Positions 1 to 8,610 of a stretch of DNA of 58,782 bases are shown here, in pieces. The position numbers and the translations under genes were made by a program. How positions within the stretch are numbered: position 1 is the first letter of the stretch; every line of letters starts with the position of its first letter. The stretch is taken from IMG/VR virus record IMGVR_UViG_3300023181_000033, positions 1-58,782 of that record; one strand, given 5' to 3'. This stretch comes from a virus (taxonomy: Duplodnaviria; Caudoviricetes). The notes under the pieces are model-generated. The model had not been told where the DNA came from and made no database searches. It saw nothing but the letters and a program-made list of their open reading frames with translations.

Positions 1-99
1 AAAATAAAGCAGGCAGCAAAAGAGTTTTGCGAGGCTGAGGGAGTATCTTTCTTCCAACATGTAGAAGCTAATGAAGGAAGAACTTATTATAAGCAGGGC
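1..99 (+). repeat. Exact 99-bp direct repeat, copy 1
   Basis: AAAATAAAGCAGG...TATAAGCAGGGC identical to 41924-42022; diverges at base 100 (G vs T). Confidence 0.97.
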
Positions 100-525
100 G
101 TTATATTGGAAAAATTCCTTCAGTCAATGATCGAAAAGGGAAAGGTTGTAACCAAAGATGAAGCTGACATATATCGTAGCAAAACAAGAGTTTTAACTAA
201 CGTTATTGAAAAGAACTGCCTTTTAGAAATAAAAACCGTTGACGGTTCTGATTTGGAATCAACCGTTTTAGGTGCCGGAAAGGAAGTGAATGACGAAAAA
301 ACGTCAAAATGGATACTTGATGAAGATTGTGTAAGATGCAATGATATTCCTTTGATAGAACAATCATTTCCGACAAAAGAGTCAAGAATAGCCATTAAAA
401 TAGCATCTAAAGCTATTGAAATGAAACAACTACTTGAAGAGTGCATTTACATATTTGTTTCAAATGATTATTCAGATAGAGAGTTTAAAAACAGAATATA
501 TAACCTATTAAAAGAAATACAATGA
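1..525 (+). CDS. Hypothetical protein, 5'-partial; its start lies at 41912 if unit A is circular
   Basis: Frame 1 open from base 1 (KIKQAAKEFCEAEG...KQGVILEKFLQ); ATG AAC AAA AAA at 41912 runs in frame into the repeat. Confidence 0.75.
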   Translation, partial: KIKQAAKEFCEAEGVSFFQHVEANEGRTYYKQGVILEKFLQSMIEKGKVVTKDEADIYRSKTRVLTNVIEKNCLLEIKTVDGSDLESTVLGAGKEVNDEKTSKWILDEDCVRCNDIPLIEQSFPTKESRIAIKIASKAIEMKQLLEECIYIFVSNDYSDREFKNRIYNLLKEIQ

Positions 526-701
526 TAAAAAATCAAGACAATAATAAGTCAAAAAAAGAATTATCCCTATTAATGTTCGCAAGAGAAGTAAATAACAGGA
601 TTAGATTCATAGGTGTAACCAAACCGAATGTTTTAACAATAGAAAAAGCTTATAAAAAAGGTTTGACCGTTAGCGATGCAGTATCATCTTTTATTAAATA
701 A
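522..701 (+). CDS. Small hypothetical protein (59 aa)
   Basis: ATGA overlap with the previous stop; MIKNQDNNKSKKELSLL...SSFIK. Confidence 0.6.
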   Translation: MIKNQDNNKSKKELSLLMFAREVNNRIRFIGVTKPNVLTIEKAYKKGLTVSDAVSSFIK

Positions 702-710
702 CATTTTTTT

Positions 711-959
711 ATGAAAACAGCAGAGTATTATTTAATTATAGCTTTAGAAGAATCAGGAATAACTACTACAGATGATATAGATTCCAAAATATTAAATGCT
801 ATGGAGGAATACGCCAATCAATTCAAGTCATCCCATGCCAGTACGGAAATGAAGTCGACTGGCGAATTTATTGCTGTAGCTGAAAAAAAGCTGGGACTAA
901 AATACCCTCACATAGCGGTAATAGAGGAAGCTAAAAGGATGTACAACGACCAACTATAA
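711..959 (+). CDS. Hypothetical protein with MKTAE...AMEEYA.QFK module
   Basis: ORF; N-terminal module shared with 33097-33411. Confidence 0.7.
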   Translation: MKTAEYYLIIALEESGITTTDDIDSKILNAMEEYANQFKSSHASTEMKSTGEFIAVAEKKLGLKYPHIAVIEEAKRMYNDQL

Positions 960-1015
960 CATTTTTATTGCAGGGGTTATAATTTATGGGTATATTTGAG
1001 TTTACAATAATTAAC

Positions 1016-1522
1016 ATGACCGAGCAAAGAAAACGTTTCGCAGATAGATATTTTGAAACTCTAAACGGGTCTCAGTCAGCTATTTACGCGGGATATTCTG
1101 AAGCTACCTCAAGACAAAAGGCATGGGAATTATTGAACGATCCTGAGGTTGAAGAATATTTATCTAAGCTAAAGGCAGAATATTCCGAAAAGTCAGGCAT
1201 AAGCAAGCAGAGGGTGCTAGATGAATATCGTAAAATTGCATTCTCTGATGTAAGGAATATCTTAACTATCGATGGTGGCTTAAAAAGTATAGATGATCTT
1301 GACGATGACACCGCTGGGGCAATAGCGGGGATAGAGTCCTTTGATGAATTTAGTCGTGATGGTGAAAAACTTGGGACAAACAGAAAGATTAAACTTCACG
1401 ATAAACTAAGGGCATTAGAGGCTTTGTCTAAGCACCTTGGATTGTTCGAAAAAGACAACAAGCAAAAAGAAAACCAGTCTACGGTTACAATATTCCAATT
1501 GCCTGATAATGGCAGAAAATAG
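1016..1522 (+). CDS. terS: Terminase small subunit (unit A)
   Basis: QRKRFADRY...SAIYAGYS...KIKLHDKLRALEALSKHLG motifs; upstream of TerL; TATATTTG at 991-998 favours the 1016 start. Confidence 0.9.
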   Translation: MTEQRKRFADRYFETLNGSQSAIYAGYSEATSRQKAWELLNDPEVEEYLSKLKAEYSEKSGISKQRVLDEYRKIAFSDVRNILTIDGGLKSIDDLDDDTAGAIAGIESFDEFSRDGEKLGTNRKIKLHDKLRALEALSKHLGLFEKDNKQKENQSTVTIFQLPDNGRK

Positions 1523-3038
1523 CATAAAATATATTCGGCCTCAAGAGGGGTACCAACTTGAATTTGCTTCTTCTCCTGCCGACATATGTATCGGAGGAGG
1601 CGCTGCGGGAGTTGGGAAAACTTTTTCATTGCTTCTGGAACCACTCAGGTATAAAGATATTGATGGGTTCGGGTCTGTAATATTTAGGCGTACTAATCCA
1701 CAAATCAGGAATGAGGGCGGGCTATGGGACACCTCGATGACATTATACAGTCTTCTAGGTGATGCTAATCCAAGACAAAGTAGTTTAGAGTGGGTGTTCG
1801 ATGTTTCTAAGCTAAAGTTTTCGCATCTTGAATATGAGAAAAATATATACGATTGGCAGGGTTCTCAAATTCCATTTATAGGCTTTGATGAGCTTACCCA
1901 CTTCACTAAAAAAATGTTCTTCTACCTACTTACACGTAATCGTTCTGTTTGCGGGGTGAACCCTTACGTTAGAGCAACTTGTAACCCTGATCCGGATAGT
2001 TGGGTAGCTGAATTTATATCGTGGTGGATAGACCAGGAAACAGGTTTTGCTATTCCGGAGCGTAAAGGTGTGTTAAGATACCTTGTTGTTGATGGTGAAA
2101 ATTATATTTGGGGCGATACACCGCAAGAGGCAATTGAAAAGGGCTGGCACATCATTGGGGAAGTAGCTGAAAAGTCAGGTATAGATCCTCTGTCATTCGT
2201 TAAATCAGTTACGTTTATAGGGGGGACTATTTACGACAACAAAGAATTGCTCAAAGAAAACCCGGCTTATCTAGGTAATTTACTGGCCCAAGATAAAGCT
2301 ACTCAGGCCGCTCTATTGCATTCAAACTGGAAAGTAGTGCTATCAGATAATGATATTTATGATTATGCTGCCTTTATTGGCATGTTTAACAACTTATACG
2401 AGGTTGACAGGACAGGCAAGTATATTACCGCAGATATTGCTATGAAAGGATCCGATAAGCTGATCGTATTTGCCTGGGAAGGTTATGAGTTGATTGATAT
2501 GATGATCCTGGATAAATCAAACGGTAAACAGGTGGTTACATCTATTGCTGGCATGGCATCAAGGCATTCAGTTCAAAACAGATACATAGCTTTTGATAAT
2601 GACGGAGTAGGGTCTTTTGTTGATGGGTTTATAGAAGGAGCCATTGAGTTTAACAACGGTGGACGTGCTTATCCTAGTCCAGACAAACCAATGAGGGATG
2701 CTAAAGGTAATGTTGTGCCCGAGAATTATCCCAATGTTAAAACACAATGTTATTACAGGTCGGGGGATAATGTTTTGAATGGAAAATACAAAATATCAGA
2801 ACATGTGGCTTCTATGATGTATGATGATAAGATGACTGTCAGACAAAGGTTAATACATGAACGTAAAGCAATAAAGCGTAAAAAGGCCGATATGGATGGT
2901 AAGCTACAAATAATAGGTAAAGACGAAATGAAAGCAGCACTTAACGGCCAATCCCCTGATTTAATGGATGCCTTTATGATGCGAGAGATATTCAATCTTA
3001 AAAAGGTTATAAAAGATCAAGAATTCTTTGCTGGTTAA
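1509..3038 (+). CDS. terL: Terminase large subunit (unit A; Terminase_6-like)
   Basis: Walker A GGAAGVGKT, Walker B IGFDELTHF, RATCNP coupling motif, nuclease residues TADIA and SPDLMDA. Confidence 0.93.
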   Translation: MAENSIKYIRPQEGYQLEFASSPADICIGGGAAGVGKTFSLLLEPLRYKDIDGFGSVIFRRTNPQIRNEGGLWDTSMTLYSLLGDANPRQSSLEWVFDVSKLKFSHLEYEKNIYDWQGSQIPFIGFDELTHFTKKMFFYLLTRNRSVCGVNPYVRATCNPDPDSWVAEFISWWIDQETGFAIPERKGVLRYLVVDGENYIWGDTPQEAIEKGWHIIGEVAEKSGIDPLSFVKSVTFIGGTIYDNKELLKENPAYLGNLLAQDKATQAALLHSNWKVVLSDNDIYDYAAFIGMFNNLYEVDRTGKYITADIAMKGSDKLIVFAWEGYELIDMMILDKSNGKQVVTSIAGMASRHSVQNRYIAFDNDGVGSFVDGFIEGAIEFNNGGRAYPSPDKPMRDAKGNVVPENYPNVKTQCYYRSGDNVLNGKYKISEHVASMMYDDKMTVRQRLIHERKAIKRKKADMDGKLQIIGKDEMKAALNGQSPDLMDAFMMREIFNLKKVIKDQEFFAG

Positions 3039-3081
3039 TTTGTAATTTTGTTGATACATAGAAATAGATTACTTTTATAGC

Positions 3082-4446
3082 ATGCAGTTAAAGAATTACG
3101 TCAAGACGGTAACAGCAGCGGTGTTACAGCCTATAGCTAAATCCTTGTGGGGGATTAATCCAAATGCCTCTATTGGCGTATCAATGCTGAATGATCGTGT
3201 TTTCAGGTGGAATCTGTCTGGAAATTCGGCCTATAATAATGGTATATTCTATACCGGAGCAAATATATTAGTTCGTAAAATGATAGAGGCTCCTATCACA
3301 TTTAACCAGAAGAAGGGTAAGCCTACTAAATCTATTGGCAAATACTACAGTAAAACCATAACGAGCAGCGAAAGAAATACGGTAAAGGCGGGAGTAGTTG
3401 ACGAATTGCCGGATCATGAGCTTAGCGAAATGTTCACCATTGAAACGATGGAGGATTTTTGGCATAATTATAACTTTGGGGACGGCTTTTTATGGTTTGA
3501 ACAACTTGGCGATGAGCTTACCAGGAACAGCAAGCCTATTAACGTGCATTCTCTTAGCCCTTCGAGAGTTGAGATCGTAACCAATGACGCGAAGTTTGAT
3601 AATGTTGCCTATTACAGGTACTCCTGCAAGAATGGAGAACAAATAAAGCTACCAAAAGAATCTGTATTACACTTAAGACACTGGAATCCTAATATAGGGG
3701 AATTGAAAGGTTACGGGGTAGATGTTGCAGCATCAAGGGATATATCCTTAAACAATGCAGGGAAAGACACTGAAGGCGCGGCATACGTTAATGGGGGTCG
3801 CGGCACACTGCTTAGTTCCGATGTTGAAATTGTAGACGGAGAACGGGTTGCAAAGATGACAGCCGAGCAAATGTCGTCACTTAAATCCACAATGGATAGC
3901 GACATGGCCGGAGCAAGGAATAACCGTAAGATGAATTATACTAACGGAAAAGTTGTAGTTACCCCATATGGCGATACGCTTGCGGAAATGGAGGTTAACA
4001 AATCTGAAGATAGCCGTTGGAAAAACATATTCGCCATACTTGGCTTACCTTGGGCTTTAACTCCTGTAGCAAGCCAGTCAAGTGAAAACAGCGTAGTTAC
4101 CGGGTATAAAGCCTTAGTGACAAACTTAGTCATATCAGAACTAAGGAAATTCGACCAGAAACTGACTAATATATTACAACAATGGTATAAAGGCATTATA
4201 GCTATATCTGATATTACTGAATACAGCGAATTAGCCCCTGATTTGAAGCTAATGAAAGAAATAGGATACGTTCCTTATGCAAGCGTAGATGAGAATAGAA
4301 AGGTATTTGGTCACGATGAGATAGGCGGAGAAATTGGGCAGGCTATATTAGTGCCATCCGGTCAAATGAAGATACAAGATATTATATCAGACGAATTTAC
4401 CAATGCTCCAGACGCTAACGATCCTAACGCACCTGAAAACCTGTAG
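3082..4446 (+). CDS. Portal protein (unit A, HK97-like)
   Basis: Follows TerL; GDGFLW, LSPSRVEI, VLHLRHWNP, SVDENRKVFGH motifs; homologue at 44238. Confidence 0.9.
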   Translation: MQLKNYVKTVTAAVLQPIAKSLWGINPNASIGVSMLNDRVFRWNLSGNSAYNNGIFYTGANILVRKMIEAPITFNQKKGKPTKSIGKYYSKTITSSERNTVKAGVVDELPDHELSEMFTIETMEDFWHNYNFGDGFLWFEQLGDELTRNSKPINVHSLSPSRVEIVTNDAKFDNVAYYRYSCKNGEQIKLPKESVLHLRHWNPNIGELKGYGVDVAASRDISLNNAGKDTEGAAYVNGGRGTLLSSDVEIVDGERVAKMTAEQMSSLKSTMDSDMAGARNNRKMNYTNGKVVVTPYGDTLAEMEVNKSEDSRWKNIFAILGLPWALTPVASQSSENSVVTGYKALVTNLVISELRKFDQKLTNILQQWYKGIIAISDITEYSELAPDLKLMKEIGYVPYASVDENRKVFGHDEIGGEIGQAILVPSGQMKIQDIISDEFTNAPDANDPNAPENL

Positions 4447-4448
4447 AT

Positions 4449-4611
4449 ATGGCGGCATTAGAAGTAATTATACTGCCATGGGAGAACGAACGCATATCGT
4501 AAAGGGTTTGAGGATGCCTTTATGATGATGGCTAACTTTGAAAATATGGATGAAACGTTGAATTGTAACAACATTGATACTCCTAATGACGAGGATAATA
4601 GTGATATTTGA
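4449..4611 (+). pseudogene. Frameshifted small acidic post-portal gene
   Basis: GAAC duplicated at 4484-4491; removing one copy gives 52-aa MAALEVIILPWENAYRKGFEDAF..., matching intact 45620-45778. Confidence 0.7.
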
Positions 4612-4614
4612 GGT

Positions 4615-4818
4615 ATGACAAGATTATCAAGAGCTATTCACTCGTTTTGGACTATATTAAATGGCAAGAATCATTCTTATGCCGATGATCGTATTTGCTT
4701 TCTTATTGGCAGAAAAGATGATATATGCAAAAACATAACTGATATTTCAACTCTTGCTACTGACGAAATACACAAGAACAACCTACTTTATGAGGCTAAG
4801 GAGATTTTAAATGCTTAA
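4615..4818 (+). CDS. Hypothetical protein (unit A only)
   Basis: ORF overlapping the gpF start. Confidence 0.55.
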   Translation: MTRLSRAIHSFWTILNGKNHSYADDRICFLIGRKDDICKNITDISTLATDEIHKNNLLYEAKEILNA

Positions 4819-5647
4819 CGAGTTCAAACAGGAGCGATTAGAGTTTGCCAGGTTCCACAAGAACGCGGAGAAACAGATGTTGCCTATTGTTAGGAAGGCT
4901 TTGAATAAGCAGGTAGAGAACGTGGTAGCATGGGTTAAGAACAATGGTGTAGAAAACGTGCCCGTTGAAATGCTGATCGATCGTTATGTATGGCGTAACA
5001 TGTACCCGCAATTGTATGAACAGTTCGGGATGAGTATGGCGAGATTGGAATATTACAGACAGCGTAGATTGGACGGCAATGCAAGTAAGGCAAGCGTGAT
5101 CGATTTTTTAAAAGATGTCTGGAGTGGCAAATTAAGACAGGCAGCCATATCATACGTAACCGGAATTGAAAACGCCCTAAATCAAACAACTATAGAGAAT
5201 GTCAGACGCGCTTTGACTAATGGATACGAGATAGGGTTAGACCGATTAGGCAGGATTAGGATATTCAATAGAGAAATATTTGACATCAACAAGGGTAGAG
5301 GGCTGACCATATCGAGAACAGAAACCAGCACAATAGCGAATCTAGGCAAAGAAATAGCCGCTAAATCTTGGATTGAACAACAAGGAAATGGTGAAGGGTA
5401 TAAAGTTTGGTTAGGCCGTATAAAGGGCGAACGCGATACGCATTTAGAAACTAATGATACTATTATACCGATGGAGGATAAGTATTCTCTTAGAGGCGAT
5501 CTATGCGACAGGCCAGGAGATGTGGAGTTGGAAGCTAAAAACCGCCTAAATTGTCGCTGCACTCAAAGTTTAATGGGTGAGGCAAGGTATCAGCAATATG
5601 TAAAAAGAAACCGGATAGTTAACGGCAAGTTGACCGGAGCAAGTTAA
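4811..5647 (+). CDS. Minor head protein, Mu gpF/SPP1 gp7-like
   Basis: ISRTET, KVW, RDTH, PGD...NCRCT motifs; follows portal. Confidence 0.88.
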   Translation: MLNEFKQERLEFARFHKNAEKQMLPIVRKALNKQVENVVAWVKNNGVENVPVEMLIDRYVWRNMYPQLYEQFGMSMARLEYYRQRRLDGNASKASVIDFLKDVWSGKLRQAAISYVTGIENALNQTTIENVRRALTNGYEIGLDRLGRIRIFNREIFDINKGRGLTISRTETSTIANLGKEIAAKSWIEQQGNGEGYKVWLGRIKGERDTHLETNDTIIPMEDKYSLRGDLCDRPGDVELEAKNRLNCRCTQSLMGEARYQQYVKRNRIVNGKLTGAS

Positions 5648-5749
5648 AATAGCTATATTTGTATTACACAAAAAATAAAAATCATGCTTTCCAAAGTTAT
5701 TTTTGTACGTACGGGGTGTTACTGGTAATAATATCCTGATCATTTTTCA

Positions 5750-5785
5750 CATCCACATCATAAAACGGTGTGGATTTTTTATTTA
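5750..5785 (+). terminator. Intrinsic terminator
   Basis: ATCCACATC/GGTGTGGAT stem followed by a T-tract. Confidence 0.65.
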
Positions 5786-5828
5786 TTTGCTATTTCGGAT
5801 TATTATGTATATTTGCTATTGTAACAAA
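5779..5828 (+). promoter_or_regulatory. 50-bp promoter linker upstream of the capsid cassette, identical to 46605-46654
   Basis: Contains TTTG, TATATTTG (-7 box) and TGTAACA; exact match in unit B. Confidence 0.8.
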
Positions 5829-5840
5829 CAAGTGAATGAG

Positions 5841-5936
5841 ATGAGCGATAAGAAAAAATTGACCGAAGAGGAAATTAAAAAGCTTAAAGCGGATAAGGTT
5901 AAAAAAGTAAAAGAGCAGGTAATCGTTAGAAAATGA
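5841..5936 (+). CDS. Small Lys-rich protein (31 aa)
   Basis: MSDKKKLTEEEIKKLKADK...; ATGA coupling to the protease gene. Confidence 0.55.
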   Translation: MSDKKKLTEEEIKKLKADKVKKVKEQVIVRK

Positions 5937-6739
5937 AAATAATCCTTCCAGAGTTTACGAATAAGTCCGAAAAGTTTGACTACCTAGTGGAGAACAAAAA
6001 GGATTTAGTTAACCTTAAGAAATCAGCTATTAAGTTGGTAGACCCTTTCGGTACATCTAAATTCGAGGAAAGCGTAATTAAGTCTCTTAACGAAACAAAC
6101 AACCAGGATACAGATTCTCAAATTAAAAGGACTGTTATAGGAAATACTTATAACTGGATGGACTCTCATGAAGATTCACATTTAGACAATGTATTTGCAA
6201 ATAGCATAGAGCAAAAGGGAGCAAAAAACATTAACCATTTCCATGATCACGTTGCTCAGTTAATGGCTAAAGTGGGTATACCTCAGGCAGTATATGAGAA
6301 ATATATAAATTGGACTGACTTAGGGGTTAATAAAAGCGGCCAGACAATGGCTTTATTTATGGACTCCCTAATTAAAAGGTCGATGAACCCTTCTATATTT
6401 GAGCAGTATAAAGAAGGACTGATTAATCAACATAGTGTCGGCATGCAATATGTCAATATCATGTTAGGGATTAATGACCCTGAACGCAAAGAAGAATACG
6501 GCATTTGGAGTCAATACGCACCTAAATTGGGGAACTATGCTAAGGCCGAACAATTAGGATACTGTTTCTTTGTAAAAGAAGCTAAGCTGATTGAAATATC
6601 CTGCGTAATTGCAGGTAGTAACGAATTAACAGGCACTTTGCCTAACAAAAATATTGACCCGTCCGAAGACAGTCAGGCAACACCAGACCCGCGTTTAGAG
6701 CAGTCAACTAAGTCCTATTGGGACATTTATTTAAACTAA
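5933..6739 (+). CDS. Prohead (capsid maturation) protease, unit A type
   Basis: DSHED, HFHDH, HSVG, LIEISCV..GSN motifs; precedes capsid gene. Confidence 0.8.
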   Translation: MKIILPEFTNKSEKFDYLVENKKDLVNLKKSAIKLVDPFGTSKFEESVIKSLNETNNQDTDSQIKRTVIGNTYNWMDSHEDSHLDNVFANSIEQKGAKNINHFHDHVAQLMAKVGIPQAVYEKYINWTDLGVNKSGQTMALFMDSLIKRSMNPSIFEQYKEGLINQHSVGMQYVNIMLGINDPERKEEYGIWSQYAPKLGNYAKAEQLGYCFFVKEAKLIEISCVIAGSNELTGTLPNKNIDPSEDSQATPDPRLEQSTKSYWDIYLN

Positions 6740-6746
6740 CAATAAC

Positions 6747-8132
6747 ATGAAAAAAGTATTTATTCCTGCAATGTCAGGGCTTGGTTCTGCATTTTTCCGC
6801 GCTAATTTATCTCCAGACGGGGGTGAAGGTAGCGGTTTGACAGACGAACAAAAGAAAGTTGCAGCACTTGCGGCAGTTAAACAGGCGGCAAAAGAAGAAG
6901 TAACGGCTATTTTACCAGATCTATTGACTAAAGGGTTAACTTCTGAAGAGGCTAAAACTGTTATCTCTAATGCTGTAAATGCAGCCTTTAAAGTGGCAAA
7001 GGTTGAAGATTTTGACGGTACTGAAAAAACGGTTACTGAAATCGTTAAAGAAATGCAAAAGCAGCACGATGCGCTTGCACTGGCATTCAAAAACAAAGGA
7101 TCTGAGGCTAATAAAAAAGGTGTTTTTGTTGAATTCGTAGAGAAAACCATTGCTGATAACGGTTTTAAAACCGGGACTGATAAAGGCAATGCCAAGTATA
7201 ACGAGACGTTCGAGTTTAAGGCTCCCGCTTTAATGACTACTGCAAACGTTGTGCCTAACGTAGCGGGTGGATTTTCACCATTATTTGGTAACTATATAGA
7301 CAATGAAATCGGTCACGTTCCAAAGCCGGCTCCTATTTTCATGCGTTTAGTTACGGTTACTTATCAGCCAGGTACAGAGAACATCTATTACACTGACCGT
7401 ATTAACGAAGAAGGTACAGCACAGTTTATAGCAGAGGGCGCATTAAAGCCTTTAATTGATGCAGAGTATAAAACTACTTCACTGCAAACAAAAGAGCTTG
7501 CAGAACGTTGGAAAATGACTACACGCCTAATGTACCACGCTCCTGCTGTTGTTACTGACTTTAGAGAGCATGCAAACGAGTTGATCGAGCAAGTTTTGGA
7601 TACTGCAGTATTAACAGGAGACAACACTGGTAACAACTTAAACGGTATTGTTGCTCAAGCTTCAGCGTTTGTTGTTCCGGCTCAATTAGCTGCTTATTAT
7701 GCAGAAGCTAATATTTGGGATGTTGTTATGGCAATGGCTACAGCCATTCGTTTGGCTAACTATAATGGTAAAATTACCGCAGTTCTCAATACTGTTTGGA
7801 TGGCTCAAATGGCTGGTATAAAAGATGGCGAAGGTCGTTACGTTATCGCTCCATTCGTTGCGCCTAACGGTAAAACAATTGGTGATGTTGAAGTAGAGTT
7901 TACCAATAAAATCCCGGCTACCGCTATTTTAGTTGGTGATCTGAAAAAATACAGATTGGTTATCTCTGAGAATGCAATCTATAACGAAGGTTATGAGAAT
8001 GATGACTTTTCTAAGAACTTAGTGTCTAAGAAAATCGAAACATTTGCTCAAGGTTATATCAAGCAGTCTGATAGAGGCGCAATCCTTTACGACACTATTG
8101 CTGACGTTTTAACCGACATTGCATCCGTATAA
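6747..8132 (+). CDS. Major capsid protein (HK97 fold, unit A)
   Basis: N-terminal delta-like region; AEGALKP, LTGDNTG..LNGI, KDGEGRY, LVGDLK, DFSKNL motifs. Confidence 0.92.
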   Translation: MKKVFIPAMSGLGSAFFRANLSPDGGEGSGLTDEQKKVAALAAVKQAAKEEVTAILPDLLTKGLTSEEAKTVISNAVNAAFKVAKVEDFDGTEKTVTEIVKEMQKQHDALALAFKNKGSEANKKGVFVEFVEKTIADNGFKTGTDKGNAKYNETFEFKAPALMTTANVVPNVAGGFSPLFGNYIDNEIGHVPKPAPIFMRLVTVTYQPGTENIYYTDRINEEGTAQFIAEGALKPLIDAEYKTTSLQTKELAERWKMTTRLMYHAPAVVTDFREHANELIEQVLDTAVLTGDNTGNNLNGIVAQASAFVVPAQLAAYYAEANIWDVVMAMATAIRLANYNGKITAVLNTVWMAQMAGIKDGEGRYVIAPFVAPNGKTIGDVEVEFTNKIPATAILVGDLKKYRLVISENAIYNEGYENDDFSKNLVSKKIETFAQGYIKQSDRGAILYDTIADVLTDIASV

Positions 8133-8184
8133 TTAACAGCCCCTTTAACCGGGGGGCTAAATAAATAACCATTATAATATTAAC

Positions 8185-8406
8185 ATGCCAGAAGAAGCAA
8201 AAGTTAAGGCGTTTGATTCACGAAAGATGATCGCTGAACACGCTGAGAAAGAAACTAAGATCAATTACAACGATAGGATGACTGTCGAAATCATTGAAGC
8301 CACAAAGTTTTACAAGAAAGGCGACATTATAAGCCCTCATAAAATAAAAGGCCAGGCTTTGATTGATCAAAAAATCGCCAAGAAGTACACCAAAAAAGAA
8401 GATTAG
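8185..8406 (+). CDS. Small post-capsid head accessory protein
   Basis: KKGDII...ALIDQKIAK pattern typical of small genes after HK97 capsids. Confidence 0.65.
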   Translation: MPEEAKVKAFDSRKMIAEHAEKETKINYNDRMTVEIIEATKFYKKGDIISPHKIKGQALIDQKIAKKYTKKED

Positions 8407-8421
8407 TAACTTATCCATACT

Positions 8422-8454
8422 AGCCCTTATCATTAATTTGGTAAGGGCTTTTTT
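8422..8454 (+). terminator. Intrinsic terminator ending the capsid operon
   Basis: AGCCCTTATCA/TGGTAAGGGCT stem plus T-tract. Confidence 0.8.
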
Positions 8455-8487
8455 ATTATATATCTTTACGTAACTAAAATAATACAA

Positions 8488-8610
8488 ATGTCAGGCTTTC
8501 AAATCAGGTTTATACGGCTGCTTAATGACGATAGTACCGACTTGTTTGTTGGTGGCTTCTTGAACGATGCAGGTATTTTAAATGACTCACAAATTTACGA
8601 TTTAACATAA
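8488..8610 (+). CDS. Unannotated 40-aa protein coupled to the head-region fibre gene
   Basis: MSGFQIRFIRLLNDDSTDLFVGG...; same-length homologue at 49686-49808; TAATG coupling. Confidence 0.75.
   Translation: MSGFQIRFIRLLNDDSTDLFVGGFLNDAGILNDSQIYDLT

Noticed and set aside
1-99. Repeat as biological terminal repeat or att site
   Set aside because: It lies inside a coding sequence, is exactly 99 nt, and no integrase is present. Assembly overlap is more parsimonious, though its left edge cannot be seen.
8138-8158. Terminator after capsid A
   Set aside because: Hairpin present but no T-tract; possibly a stabilising stem, not called as a terminator.
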